This document shows, in pieces, positions 13,454 to 22,302 of a stretch of 26,367 bases of DNA. The translations under genes and the position numbers were made by a program. The stretch comes from a virus (taxonomy: Duplodnaviria; Caudoviricetes): the IMG/VR virus record IMGVR_UViG_3300005332_000010, positions 1 to 26,367 of that record. One strand, given 5' to 3'. How positions within the stretch are numbered: position 1 is the first letter of the stretch; the number at the start of each line of letters is the position of its first letter. The notes beneath the pieces are model-generated. The model was not told where the DNA came from and searched no databases. It saw only the letters and a program-made list of their open reading frames with translations.

Positions 13454-13854
13454 TGTACCCGCCCTCGATCCCCGGCGTCGGCCCGTCGCCCGGCTCCTCG
13501 GCGCTCGACGGCCCACCGCCGTCACCGACCCCGATGGGGCCGGCGACCCCGGGTGGTGGCGGCGGCGGGTTCTCGCTCGGCGGGCTGGCCTCGCAGCTGC
13601 CGACGACGCAGATGCCGCCCGAGGTGCTGACCGGCATCACGCAATCGGCGCAGTCGGTCTCGCAGCTGCTCGACAGCTGGGCACAGGTGACGCCCGACAA
13701 GGGTCCACAGCTCGCGCTCATCAAAGACATGATTCAGCAGTACCTCGCCGATCTCATGTCCTCGGGTGCGGGCCCCGTCTCTCCCACCGCGCCTGGTCCA
13801 GCGTTTCCAGGCGGTGGCATCGACCAGGGCGTCGCGGGCCCGGGTGCGGTGTAG
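13453..13854 (+). CDS. Pro/Gly-rich protein with central helical hairpin (133 aa)
   Basis: TGATG start; directly upstream of the scaffold gene. Confidence 0.8.
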   Translation: MYPPSIPGVGPSPGSSALDGPPPSPTPMGPATPGGGGGGFSLGGLASQLPTTQMPPEVLTGITQSAQSVSQLLDSWAQVTPDKGPQLALIKDMIQQYLADLMSSGAGPVSPTAPGPAFPGGGIDQGVAGPGAV

Positions 13855-13947
13855 GTCGGTCCGCGTTCGCGGAGAGAGGCGTACCCCACCTCGCCTGGTG
13901 ACAGAGGGTGATTGGTGCGCTGGCCTCGACGCTTCTGAGGTGCGCAG

Positions 13948-14739
13948 ATGGGCGCGTTTGAGTCTGGTCAGTCGTTCCTCGCTGGCGTGCTCGCCAAGCT
14001 CCCCGAAGAGCAGCGCGCACAGGCGAAAGCGATCTTTGACGCCGCGGAGGCGAAGGATGCGGTCGTCCTCCTGGGCGACGGCACGCTGGCCCGCACGGAC
14101 TACAGCAAGTCGATGGACGGATTGCGGGACAAGGAGAAAGCGCTCAACGAGCACTACGAGCGCCTCAACGCCTGGTACGACGTCAACAAGGGGGCGCTCG
14201 ACGAGGCGAAGGAGCTGCGCGAGAAGGGCGGCGGCGGCGCCCCGGTGGTGAAGGAGCCCGACAAGGTTCTGTCACCGAGCGCGTCGACCGCGGCGATCAC
14301 CGCCGACCAGGTGCGCGAGATGGTCGACACCGCCGGGCGTGACCTGGTGGCGATCAGCTCGTTCATCGCGACGCAGGCGGGGCAGCACTACGCCATGTTC
14401 GGCGAGCCGCTCAACGCCCTGGAGATCGCGCAGAACCCGAAGGTCGGCCGTCCGATCGCCGGGCAGCCGGGGCGCATCTTCTCGCTCGACGACGCCTACC
14501 GGGAGAAGTACGGCGAGCGACTCGCCGCCAAGCACAAAGAAGCCGAGGACAAGCGCATCAACGACGAGGTCGAGAAGCGGCTCGCGGAGCGGAACAAGGC
14601 GTCGGCGACGCACCCGTTCCCGCTCCGCTCCGAATCCTCGCCGCTCGATGTCCTCACCACGAAAGACGGTCCCGCCGCGCACACGCTCGATTCTGCCGTC
14701 GCGGAGTACGAGCGGTTGCAAGCGGCGCGCGGGGCCTAA
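13948..14739 (+). CDS. Capsid scaffolding protein (263 aa)
   Basis: Immediately before MCP; charged and helical, RTDYSKSMD followed by coiled coil; GAGGTG RBS. Confidence 0.75.
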   Translation: MGAFESGQSFLAGVLAKLPEEQRAQAKAIFDAAEAKDAVVLLGDGTLARTDYSKSMDGLRDKEKALNEHYERLNAWYDVNKGALDEAKELREKGGGGAPVVKEPDKVLSPSASTAAITADQVREMVDTAGRDLVAISSFIATQAGQHYAMFGEPLNALEIAQNPKVGRPIAGQPGRIFSLDDAYREKYGERLAAKHKEAEDKRINDEVEKRLAERNKASATHPFPLRSESSPLDVLTTKDGPAAHTLDSAVAEYERLQAARGA

Positions 14740-14765
14740 CTCGCAGGCGCTAGGAGGAGGCACCT

Positions 14766-15818
14766 GTGCCGATTCAGCTCGACGACGTCAACACGACCGT
14801 CACCAAGGAGATCGAACCGGGTGTGGTCGATGGCTACTTCAAGGCGGGCCCGCTCATCGCGATGGCCAAAGCCCGATTCAACCGCAAGTGGATCGGCCCG
14901 CAGATTCAGGAAAACTTCATGTACAAGCCGATGAAAGGCGGCTCGTACAAGAAGGGCGCGACCTTCGACATCACCCGCCGGCAGACGCGCACCGGCCTGC
15001 TCTTCGGGCCGCGCTACTACCAGGTCACGGTGACCGAGTTCCTCGAAGATCTCGAAGTCGAGCTGGCGGGTCCGCGGGCGGCGTTCTCCGTCATCCGCAC
15101 CGACATGAGCCAGGCGGCGCTGACGATGTCGGCGATCCTCGAGATCGCCGCGTTCCACCACGGCCAGCCGATCGCGGGCGACGATCGCAGCTCCGAGATC
15201 AACGGGCTCGAAGAGGCGCTCACCGCCGGCGGCGATGCGACGTGGACCGGGAACGTGTTCCCGAGCTACGGCGGCCAGACCCGCGCCGACGTCGCGCCGG
15301 CGCTCAACCCGCCGACCGGTCTCATCGCGGCGAACCTGGGCGGGTCTCCGATCTCGTACCGCGTCCTGCGCCACAGCTACTTCAGCTGCATCATCGGCAA
15401 CGAGGCGCCGGGCACGGGGATCACGACCAACCGCTGCATGGGCTACATCGCCGAGAACTTCCTGCCGCACCAGATCATCGACACGACGCAGCCCGAGATC
15501 GCGTGGCCGGGGCTGAAGTTCGACAAGGCGACGATCATGATGTCGCAGTACTGCCCCGGCGCCGACGGCGTCAACGACGACGACCTGGGCAACTACTTCG
15601 CCAACAACGAGACCTTCTGGTGGCTGAACTTCGGGCCACAGGGAGATGACGCCTACATCCGGCTGTACATCGCGCAGTCGCGCAAGTTCGCCTTTGGCTT
15701 CACCGGCTTCAAGGGCGCGCGCGAAGACAACCAGGTGTCGGGACAGATCCTCTACGCCGGCAACCTCACCGTGAAAGCGCTCAGGCTTTCGCGCGTGCTC
15801 TTCGGCATTGGAGGGTAG
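14766..15818 (+). CDS. Major capsid protein (HK97 fold), 350 aa
   Basis: Strong AGGAGG RBS, highly biased codons, size and position. Segments VVDGYFKAGPL, INGLEEAL and GQILYAGNLTV resemble phage capsid proteins. Confidence 0.9.
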   Translation: MPIQLDDVNTTVTKEIEPGVVDGYFKAGPLIAMAKARFNRKWIGPQIQENFMYKPMKGGSYKKGATFDITRRQTRTGLLFGPRYYQVTVTEFLEDLEVELAGPRAAFSVIRTDMSQAALTMSAILEIAAFHHGQPIAGDDRSSEINGLEEALTAGGDATWTGNVFPSYGGQTRADVAPALNPPTGLIAANLGGSPISYRVLRHSYFSCIIGNEAPGTGITTNRCMGYIAENFLPHQIIDTTQPEIAWPGLKFDKATIMMSQYCPGADGVNDDDLGNYFANNETFWWLNFGPQGDDAYIRLYIAQSRKFAFGFTGFKGAREDNQVSGQILYAGNLTVKALRLSRVLFGIGG

Positions 15819-15822
15819 CGCG

Positions 15823-16377
15823 ATGCCGAACCGCTTCGAGAATCCTGCGATCTATCTCCAGTCGGGCGATCCCGAGCGGGAGAACACGCCGACCCTCTTC
15901 GCGCCGGGCCTGCTCGGCAGTCGCTTCACGGTGGTCCAGCCCACCGGGCGCGGCAGCCCGCTGACCGTCGGGCGCAGCAAGCGTTACCAGCTGGTCAAGA
16001 CCGACTCGACGATGACCGTCTCGCCGTACCCCGGCGCGGTCGCGTACTGGTCGGACAAGTCGACCTACCTGGTCACCACGGCGCGCACCAACCTCAATCT
16101 CGTCGCCGGCCGCTTCGGATCGCTGGTCGACAAGGGCAACTACTGCTGTGTGCAGATCGGCGGCCCCGGCTACGTCAAGGTGGTCGACGGCTCGGTCGCG
16201 GCGTGCGCGATCGGCGATTCGATCATCGGCAGCTCGGCGACTGACGGCAAGGCGGATCGGGTGGCCTCGGGCACGGCGCCGACCAATACCACGCTCGGCA
16301 TCGTCTCGGCCCCGCTCACCAAGCTGGCCTCCGACGCGCTGGTCCTCACTGACCTCGACGTGCCGGAGACCACGTAG
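15823..16377 (+). CDS. Capsid decoration/cement-like protein (184 aa)
   Basis: Directly after MCP; GNYCCVQIGG...IGDSIIGS pattern resembles beta-rich cement proteins. Confidence 0.65.
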   Translation: MPNRFENPAIYLQSGDPERENTPTLFAPGLLGSRFTVVQPTGRGSPLTVGRSKRYQLVKTDSTMTVSPYPGAVAYWSDKSTYLVTTARTNLNLVAGRFGSLVDKGNYCCVQIGGPGYVKVVDGSVAACAIGDSIIGSSATDGKADRVASGTAPTNTTLGIVSAPLTKLASDALVLTDLDVPETT

Positions 16378-16388
16378 GAGGAGGGGCG

Positions 16389-16697
16389 ATGCCGCTGGAT
16401 CGCAGTGTCGGTAACTACTTCGATCACTCGGGCTCCTTCAACCGCCGGGTCGCGCGGTGGAAGGGGCCGTCGAGCTACACGACGGGGGGCGAGACGGCTA
16501 CCCCGGCGCTCTTCGGTCTGGGCACGATCGTCTGCGCCAGCTTCACGCAGGCGCTCGATGCCAACGGCGCGAATCCCCGCAGCGTGATCTGGAACCCGCT
16601 GACCAACAAGATCCTGTGGTTCAACGGCACGACCGAGATCGCGGCGGCGGTGGATCTCTCCGGCTTCAGCTGCCAGTTCGAGATCATCGGCACCTAG
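16389..16697 (+). CDS. Virion structural protein (102 aa)
   Basis: GGAGGAGG RBS; SYTTGGE motif; beta-rich; within the head module. Confidence 0.65.
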   Translation: MPLDRSVGNYFDHSGSFNRRVARWKGPSSYTTGGETATPALFGLGTIVCASFTQALDANGANPRSVIWNPLTNKILWFNGTTEIAAAVDLSGFSCQFEIIGT

Positions 16698-16707
16698 GTG
16701 ATCCGAG

Positions 16708-17433
16708 ATGGCTGATGACTTCGGCTACGTCTGGCGGACGGTGCGGCTCTACGTGCCGTCCGCCCCGACGTTTCTCGCCCGCGAGTGGGTCAACGTCGCG
16801 TGGAAGCAGCTGCTGGCCGCGCGGCGCTGGGGCTTCATGCGCGGCGAGACGACGCTCACGATCGCCGACAGCGACGTCGACGTGACCATGCCGGCCGACT
16901 TCGCCAGCTTCCGCGTCGTCGTCGATCCGGCGCGGCAGGTGCGGATCTCGTTCAACAGCTCCCTCGACGATCTCACTCGCGCCGATCCGGCGCTCACGGC
17001 CGGCGGCCCGGTGTGTGCGCTGGTCGCCGCGGCACCCTCCACCGTGCTGGCGACGCTCGGGCGGCCGCGCTACCTGCTCTACCCGCACGGCAGCGCGACG
17101 ACCCTGACCGTGGTCTACAACACGCAAGGCTCGCGGCTCGACGAAGGCAGCCCGGCGTTTCCCGGAGTCCTCGCCGACGCTGGCGACATCCTGGTCGGCG
17201 GTGCGCTCGCCCAGGCGGCGCAGTGGCCGGGCACGCCGGACAAACCCAACCCGTACTTCAATGCGACGCTGGGCCAGACCAAGCGCGCCGAGTTCCTCGA
17301 ACGCGTGCAGGCGCTGTCGCTGCGCGATGATGAGCAGTACCCGGACGATCTGTGGGACGCGTGGCCGTATGCGAGTGTCGGTGTGACTCGTGATCTGCGC
17401 GCGACCGATGCGACGGTCGACGCGCTGTGGTGA
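16708..17433 (+). CDS. Head-tail adaptor-like protein 1 (241 aa)
   Basis: N-terminal helices (WVNVAWKQL..RRWGF), MPADF, central beta insert, ILVGGAL and C-terminal helix: podoviral adaptor-like layout. Confidence 0.6.
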   Translation: MADDFGYVWRTVRLYVPSAPTFLAREWVNVAWKQLLAARRWGFMRGETTLTIADSDVDVTMPADFASFRVVVDPARQVRISFNSSLDDLTRADPALTAGGPVCALVAAAPSTVLATLGRPRYLLYPHGSATTLTVVYNTQGSRLDEGSPAFPGVLADAGDILVGGALAQAAQWPGTPDKPNPYFNATLGQTKRAEFLERVQALSLRDDEQYPDDLWDAWPYASVGVTRDLRATDATVDALW

Positions 17434-17436
17434 ACC

Positions 17437-17724
17437 ATGGCTGATCTGAAAACCAACTGGGACAACGCGGTCCTCTCGTCGATGGACCTCTCGGGCGACA
17501 GCATCCCCAGCTCGGGGAGCGATCCGAACGCCGACGGTGGGGACGGCGACGACGCCTGCAACCCGCTGTGGCCGGATCCGCCGGTGACCTTCGGCACACG
17601 CTCCGAGTCGCCGAACTCGGTCTCTGGGCTGCCGGCGCTGCCGAACCGCTTCGAGCCGAACGAGACACCGCCCGATCCGCCGTCGCTGCAGGACCGCAGC
17701 CCGACGACGATTGACGAGCAGTGA
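17437..17724 (+). CDS. Acidic, Pro-rich disordered protein (95 aa)
   Basis: Fills the gap; GTGA overlap with the next gene. Confidence 0.7.
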   Translation: MADLKTNWDNAVLSSMDLSGDSIPSSGSDPNADGGDGDDACNPLWPDPPVTFGTRSESPNSVSGLPALPNRFEPNETPPDPPSLQDRSPTTIDEQ

Positions 17725-18449
17725 GCTACGTCTCGACGGTCACCGCCGACGGGGCGGTCGACTTCTACCGCCTCGGCGATCTCTCGGGGACGACGGCGAC
17801 CGACAGCATCGGCGCCAACCCGGGCACCTACAACGGCGGCTTCACGCTGAACCAGGCCGGAGCGATCAACGACGGCAACCCGGCGGTCGGGCTCGACGGG
17901 GCGAGCGGCACGGTGACCAACCCCGTCGGTATCGAGACGATCCTCGGGCAGGGCGCGCACTCGGTCGAGCTGTGGCTTTACGCGGCGAGCATCGCGGCGA
18001 CGATGGGCGCGCTGACGGGCAGTCAGATCAACACGCGGGTGGTGGTGACCAATACGGGGCAGGTCACCTGGCGGCTGCGGGCGAGTGACGGGACGTTCAA
18101 GACGCTCACGACGGGCGCGGGCACCATCGCCGCGAACACCTGGTACCACCTGCTGATGACGTGGGACGCCGGGCCCGTCTCGCCGCAGATGGTGCTCTAC
18201 CTCAACGGCGTCTCGGCGGCGTCAGGCTTTTTCGCGCCCGGGAACATCACGTGGGGGACGGGCACGTGGACGCTCGGCTTTGGCGCCGGGACCTTCTTCA
18301 ACGGGCGGCTCGACGAGGTGGCGCTCTATCCGTCGGTCTTGTCGTCGTCGCAGGCGCTGGCGCACTACAACGCCGGCGCGATCACAGGTGGCGGCGGTGC
18401 GGCCACGGCGCGCTACGCGTCACGCTACCGCCTCGGGGCGGCGGCGTAG
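17721..18449 (+). CDS. LamG/concanavalin A-like lectin domain protein (242 aa)
   Basis: YRLGD.SGTTA.DS.G, SVELW, NTWYHL..TWD, LYLNG and FNGRLDEVALY...LS motifs. Confidence 0.9.
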   Translation: MSYVSTVTADGAVDFYRLGDLSGTTATDSIGANPGTYNGGFTLNQAGAINDGNPAVGLDGASGTVTNPVGIETILGQGAHSVELWLYAASIAATMGALTGSQINTRVVVTNTGQVTWRLRASDGTFKTLTTGAGTIAANTWYHLLMTWDAGPVSPQMVLYLNGVSAASGFFAPGNITWGTGTWTLGFGAGTFFNGRLDEVALYPSVLSSSQALAHYNAGAITGGGGAATARYASRYRLGAAA

Positions 18450-18458
18450 GAGGCAGCG

Positions 18459-18785
18459 GTGAAGGACTTCACAGTCACGTTGACCGGGAGCGCGCAGCGG
18501 CTCTCCGACGTCCTGACCGACAAGACGGCAGGCGGGAAGGACGACATCCCGTACCGCACGCTGCACCTGCAGCCCGACGGCGCCAACGCCGGCGCGATCT
18601 ACGTCGGGGCGACGAACGCCGTCACCTCCGCCGCCTACGGCGTGCGCCTCCCCGCTGCCGCCAGCGGGGTGCCGCCGGCGCCCTACGTCTTCGAGTTCAG
18701 CGGCGAGGGGCCGCTCAAGCTGTCGCACGTCTGGGTCCTTGGCAGCAACGGCGAGAAGCTGCACATTCTCGGAGTGCCGTTCTGA
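18459..18785 (+). CDS. Virion-associated beta-rich protein (108 aa)
   Basis: AGGAGG RBS; N.G.IYVG....VTS..YG..L pattern. Confidence 0.7.
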   Translation: MKDFTVTLTGSAQRLSDVLTDKTAGGKDDIPYRTLHLQPDGANAGAIYVGATNAVTSAAYGVRLPAAASGVPPAPYVFEFSGEGPLKLSHVWVLGSNGEKLHILGVPF

Positions 18786-18808
18786 GGCCCTAGCAGCGGA
18801 GGCGTGCG

Positions 18809-19216
18809 GTGGCCCTGACGCCCAAACTCTCGAACGCCGGCGCGAACGCCGCGGCTGATGCGGCGTGTGCCCTCTGTAACAACGGGTTCCTCGACATCTA
18901 CGACGGGACGCAACCCGCGACAGCGGACACCGCGGTGACCAGCCAGGTCAAACTCGCGCATCTCACCTTCGGCGCGACTGCCTTCGGCGCGGCGTCGGCG
19001 GGTGTGGCAACGGCGAATGCGATCGGCAGCGATGCCTCGGCAGACGCTACTGGCACCGCGACCTGGTTCCGCGCCTACAAGTCCGATGGCACCTCGGTGG
19101 TCTTCGACGGGTCAGTCGGCACGAGCGGCTGCAACCTCAATCTCTCTTCGACTTCGATTGTCGCCACGGGTGTGGTCTCGGTCACTTCCCTTACTTACAC
19201 CCAGTCCAAGGGCTAG
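18809..19216 (+). CDS. Virion structural protein (135 aa)
   Basis: GGAGG RBS; IYDGTQPA.AD, ATGTATWFR and DGSVGTSG motifs seen in phage tail-associated proteins. Confidence 0.8.
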   Translation: MALTPKLSNAGANAAADAACALCNNGFLDIYDGTQPATADTAVTSQVKLAHLTFGATAFGAASAGVATANAIGSDASADATGTATWFRAYKSDGTSVVFDGSVGTSGCNLNLSSTSIVATGVVSVTSLTYTQSKG

Positions 19217-19222
19217 TCGGCG

Positions 19223-20035
19223 ATGCCGACGCAGTTCTCGACCAACGCGCAGCTCATCGCGCCGGCCGCAGCTGCCGGGGCGGCGATCACACCGAGCGGC
19301 ACCGCCTGGAACAACTCCGCCTACGCTGAGCTGATCGCGTCGGTGAGCGCGGCGGCGGTGCTGACTGGTGTGGTCATCTTTCCGACGACCAGTGTCAGCG
19401 CCGACTTCGAGGTCGACATCGCTACTGGCGCGGCCGGCTCGGAAACGGTCATCGCGACGCTCAAGGGACGCTTTGCCGGCAACGTCGCCTGGGACACCGC
19501 CTACACGCCGCTGCCGATCCCGATCGACAACATCGCCAGCGGTGCGCGGCTCTCGGCACGGCTGCGCAAAGCGGGCACCGACACCAACACCTGGCGCGCG
19601 GCGATTACCTATCTCCTCAAGCCGATCGTCGGGACGCTGCAGGTCACAGCGAGTCCCTACTTGGTCGTCCCCTCGGCGGCGGCGCTTACCACGCTGACGA
19701 CCGGTGGTGGCACGTCGTGGGTGAACACCACCTGGACGACGGTCATCACGTCGACGGCGAGTGCGATCGTGCTGACGCACGTCATCGTGCCGACCACCAG
19801 TGGCAGCGACCAGGGTGGGACGGAGTTTGACATCGGGACTGGGAGCGCCGGCAGTGAGGTTGTGGTTACGACCGTTCGCCGCAAGTGCCGTAGTGGCGAG
19901 GGCGGTCCCTGGATCATCGCCCTGCCCTCGCCGCTCGACAACATCGCGAGCGGCGTGCGCGTCGCCGTCCGCTGGCGCGGACCGCAGTTCTCGACACCCG
20001 TGGTGGGCCTGATCTACCTGGCGAAGCCGCTATGA
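19223..20035 (+). CDS. Tail fibre/receptor-binding-like protein with two internal repeat domains (270 aa)
   Basis: Two copies of W.N..[YW]...DI.TG.AGSE.V..T...PIDN/PLDN-IASG.R...R.R. Confidence 0.7.
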   Translation: MPTQFSTNAQLIAPAAAAGAAITPSGTAWNNSAYAELIASVSAAAVLTGVVIFPTTSVSADFEVDIATGAAGSETVIATLKGRFAGNVAWDTAYTPLPIPIDNIASGARLSARLRKAGTDTNTWRAAITYLLKPIVGTLQVTASPYLVVPSAAALTTLTTGGGTSWVNTTWTTVITSTASAIVLTHVIVPTTSGSDQGGTEFDIGTGSAGSEVVVTTVRRKCRSGEGGPWIIALPSPLDNIASGVRVAVRWRGPQFSTPVVGLIYLAKPL

Positions 20036-21207
20036 GTCAGACCACCGCGACGGCGCTCAAGACGGCACCCCCAGCGGCCGATGCGGTCACGCTCACGTCG
20101 GGCAGCGGCACGTGGGCTAACGGGAGCTGGGTACAGGTCCTCGCCGCGACCGGCGCGGCGGCCGCGGTCGCTGGCATCGTCTTCGACGGCACGGCGGGCA
20201 ACCACTTCGAGGTCGACGTCGGCGTCGGAGCGTCAGGCAGCGAAGTGGTCCTGACGACGTTCCGGCTGCGCTGGGCGGGTGCAGCGTTCGGCGGTCCCTT
20301 CGTCGCGTGGCTGCCGAGCCCGGTCACCGGCATCGCCAGCGGTGCACGCATCGCCCTCCGCGCGCGCGCTGATGGCACTTCGATCTCAGGCACGGCGGCG
20401 CTGCTCTACTACGAGAGTCTCGACGGCACGAACAGCTCGTCGCTCCCGACTGTCGGGCTGCCGTCAGCGGCTAACGCGGTCTCGGTCACGCCGAGCGGTA
20501 CCGCGTGGGCCAACTCGGCCTACACCCAAGTCACCAGCGGGCTGGGCGCCGCGGCGTCGATCCTCAGCATCGCCTTCACCGAGAGCGTCGCTAACGTCGA
20601 AGGCGAATGGGACATCGCGATCGGCGCGGCCGGTAGCGAAGTCGTCATCACGACACTGCGCTTTGCCTCGGCGGCGAACGCCAACGCGGGCCCGATCGAC
20701 AACATCCTGCTGCCGGCGCCCTATCCGATCTCGGCCTCGACGCGTGTCGCCGTGCGGCTGCGGAAGTCGGGCACCTCGACGACGGCCTACACCGTTGCGC
20801 TGCTCAACGACGCCTCGGTCGGGGCGCCGCCGATCACTGGCACAGGTGACGTGACCTTCGCCGCGCCCGCGCTCGCTGGCAGTGGCACGGTGGAGGCGAC
20901 CGGGACTGGCGATGTGACCTTCGGCGGCCCGGCGCTGGCGGGCGATGGGCCCGGGCTGGTCGTGGCCATTACCACGCGCGCGACGCAGCTCGCGGCGGAG
21001 GTGCTCGACGTCATCCCGCCGTCGCCGGTGTCCGCGACGCAGGTCGCGGCGGAGATCCTCTTCGCTAATGCGAACGAGGCGCGGGTGACGCAGGTCGTCT
21101 GTGAGCTGATCGTGGTGGCCGTCAGCTCGGCTGGCTGCGCAGCCGCCTTCCCGATCGAGGACGTCGCGACGGGGGCCGCGTGCCGGGTCCAGTTCCCTGT
21201 GACGTGA
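20032..21207 (+). CDS. Paralogous fibre-like protein with two repeat domains plus C-terminal short repeats (391 aa)
   Basis: Same repeat domain twice; TGTGDVTF x2; TQ..[AC]E[VIL][LI] x3. Confidence 0.7.
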   Translation: MSQTTATALKTAPPAADAVTLTSGSGTWANGSWVQVLAATGAAAAVAGIVFDGTAGNHFEVDVGVGASGSEVVLTTFRLRWAGAAFGGPFVAWLPSPVTGIASGARIALRARADGTSISGTAALLYYESLDGTNSSSLPTVGLPSAANAVSVTPSGTAWANSAYTQVTSGLGAAASILSIAFTESVANVEGEWDIAIGAAGSEVVITTLRFASAANANAGPIDNILLPAPYPISASTRVAVRLRKSGTSTTAYTVALLNDASVGAPPITGTGDVTFAAPALAGSGTVEATGTGDVTFGGPALAGDGPGLVVAITTRATQLAAEVLDVIPPSPVSATQVAAEILFANANEARVTQVVCELIVVAVSSAGCAAAFPIEDVATGAACRVQFPVT

Positions 21208-21219
21208 AAGGATCCTCTG

Positions 21220-22257
21220 ATGCTCCTCTTTCTCGACAGCCTCGGCGATCACTACACGGCGGCGCAGGTCACCACGAAGTGGACGACGGCGCAGTCACCG
21301 GTGCGCCGCACCGGCCTGCACGGCTACGGCATGGGCGGCAACCTGCGCAAGGGGCTCGTCTTCGGCAGCACGACGGTGATCATGGAGGCGTACGTGCACC
21401 GGCCGACCAGCAGCCCGCCGTCGCTGTTCTGGCTCATCGACGACAACCAGGTTGCGCAGATCCACCTCGAAGTGCTCGGCGACGGCCGGCTCGCCGTCTA
21501 CCGCTGGGGGAGCAATCCCGCCGTCGATCTCATCGCGAACACCGCCCCTGATCTCTTCCGGCAGAACATCTGGTATCACGTCGGCTGGACCGTCCACGTC
21601 CACCAGACCGCCGGCAGCGTCGAGGTGCGGCTCAACGGCGGGACGGTCATCAACGTCACCGGCGTCAACACGACGGCGTCGGCGTCGGTCAGCTGGTCGG
21701 GGACGCTGGGCAGCGTCAGCATCGGCGACAACGGCGCCTCCGGGACCTTCGACGATCTGGTCGTGATGGACAACGTCGACGACGGCTTGAACGATCCGCG
21801 GCTGCCGGGCGGTGGCGGCTTCGACAAGTTCCTCGGCCCGGTCGAGATCACCGTCAAGCGCCCCAACGGCGCCGGCACTCTCGCCGAGTGGACGCCGTCG
21901 CCGGCGGTCGCCAACTGGCAGAACGTCGCTGACATCGAGCCGGACGACGACACGACCTACAACGCCGCGGGGGCGGCTGCGGTCGGCACCTCCGATCTGC
22001 TCGCGATGGAAGATCTCGCCGTCGACCAGGATGTGGTCGCCGTGCAGTCGCTGGTCTCGGCCCGTAAGACCGAAGAGGGGATCGCCGCCGTCGCGCGCCT
22101 GGTGCGGGACAGCAGCACCACGTATGTCGGGGCGACCGTCTATCAGCCGAATCTCTACAGCTACATGATCCGACCCGAGCCGACGCTGCCCGACGGGAGC
22201 CTGTGGACGAAGACGCGGTGGAACGCGATCGCCTACGGGTACCGCCGAATCGTCTAG
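21220..22257 (+). CDS. LamG-like tail-associated protein (345 aa)
   Basis: AAAGGA RBS; NIWYHVGW, GSVEVRLNG and FDDLVVMD motifs. Confidence 0.75.
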   Translation: MLLFLDSLGDHYTAAQVTTKWTTAQSPVRRTGLHGYGMGGNLRKGLVFGSTTVIMEAYVHRPTSSPPSLFWLIDDNQVAQIHLEVLGDGRLAVYRWGSNPAVDLIANTAPDLFRQNIWYHVGWTVHVHQTAGSVEVRLNGGTVINVTGVNTTASASVSWSGTLGSVSIGDNGASGTFDDLVVMDNVDDGLNDPRLPGGGGFDKFLGPVEITVKRPNGAGTLAEWTPSPAVANWQNVADIEPDDDTTYNAAGAAAVGTSDLLAMEDLAVDQDVVAVQSLVSARKTEEGIAAVARLVRDSSTTYVGATVYQPNLYSYMIRPEPTLPDGSLWTKTRWNAIAYGYRRIV

Positions 22258-22263
22258 GGGGGC

Positions 22264-22292
22264 TTGCCGGCGGGGGGAACGCGCCGGATCCT
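22264..22292 (+). promoter_or_regulatory. Putative promoter TTGCCG-N17-GATCCT
   Basis: Same architecture as 12552-12580; 10 nt before GTG 22303. Confidence 0.35.
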
Positions 22293-22302
22293 GATCGCCG
22301 TC

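Noticed and set aside
15804-15818. C-terminal Gly-Gly of MCP (and of 7370-7993) as members of the GGKR tag family
   Set aside because: They lack the [RK]xL and terminal KR. The MCP GGA GGG doubles as the next gene's SD.
15775-15823. Possible +1 frameshift (AGG CTT TCG) fusing MCP to the decoration protein
   Set aside because: The +1 frame is open only briefly, a shift would replace the last capsid strand, and the downstream gene has its own GGAGG RBS.
19223-21207. Diversity-generating retroelement target/template pair
   Set aside because: The repeats differ at all base types rather than only at adenines, and no reverse transcriptase is in the window.
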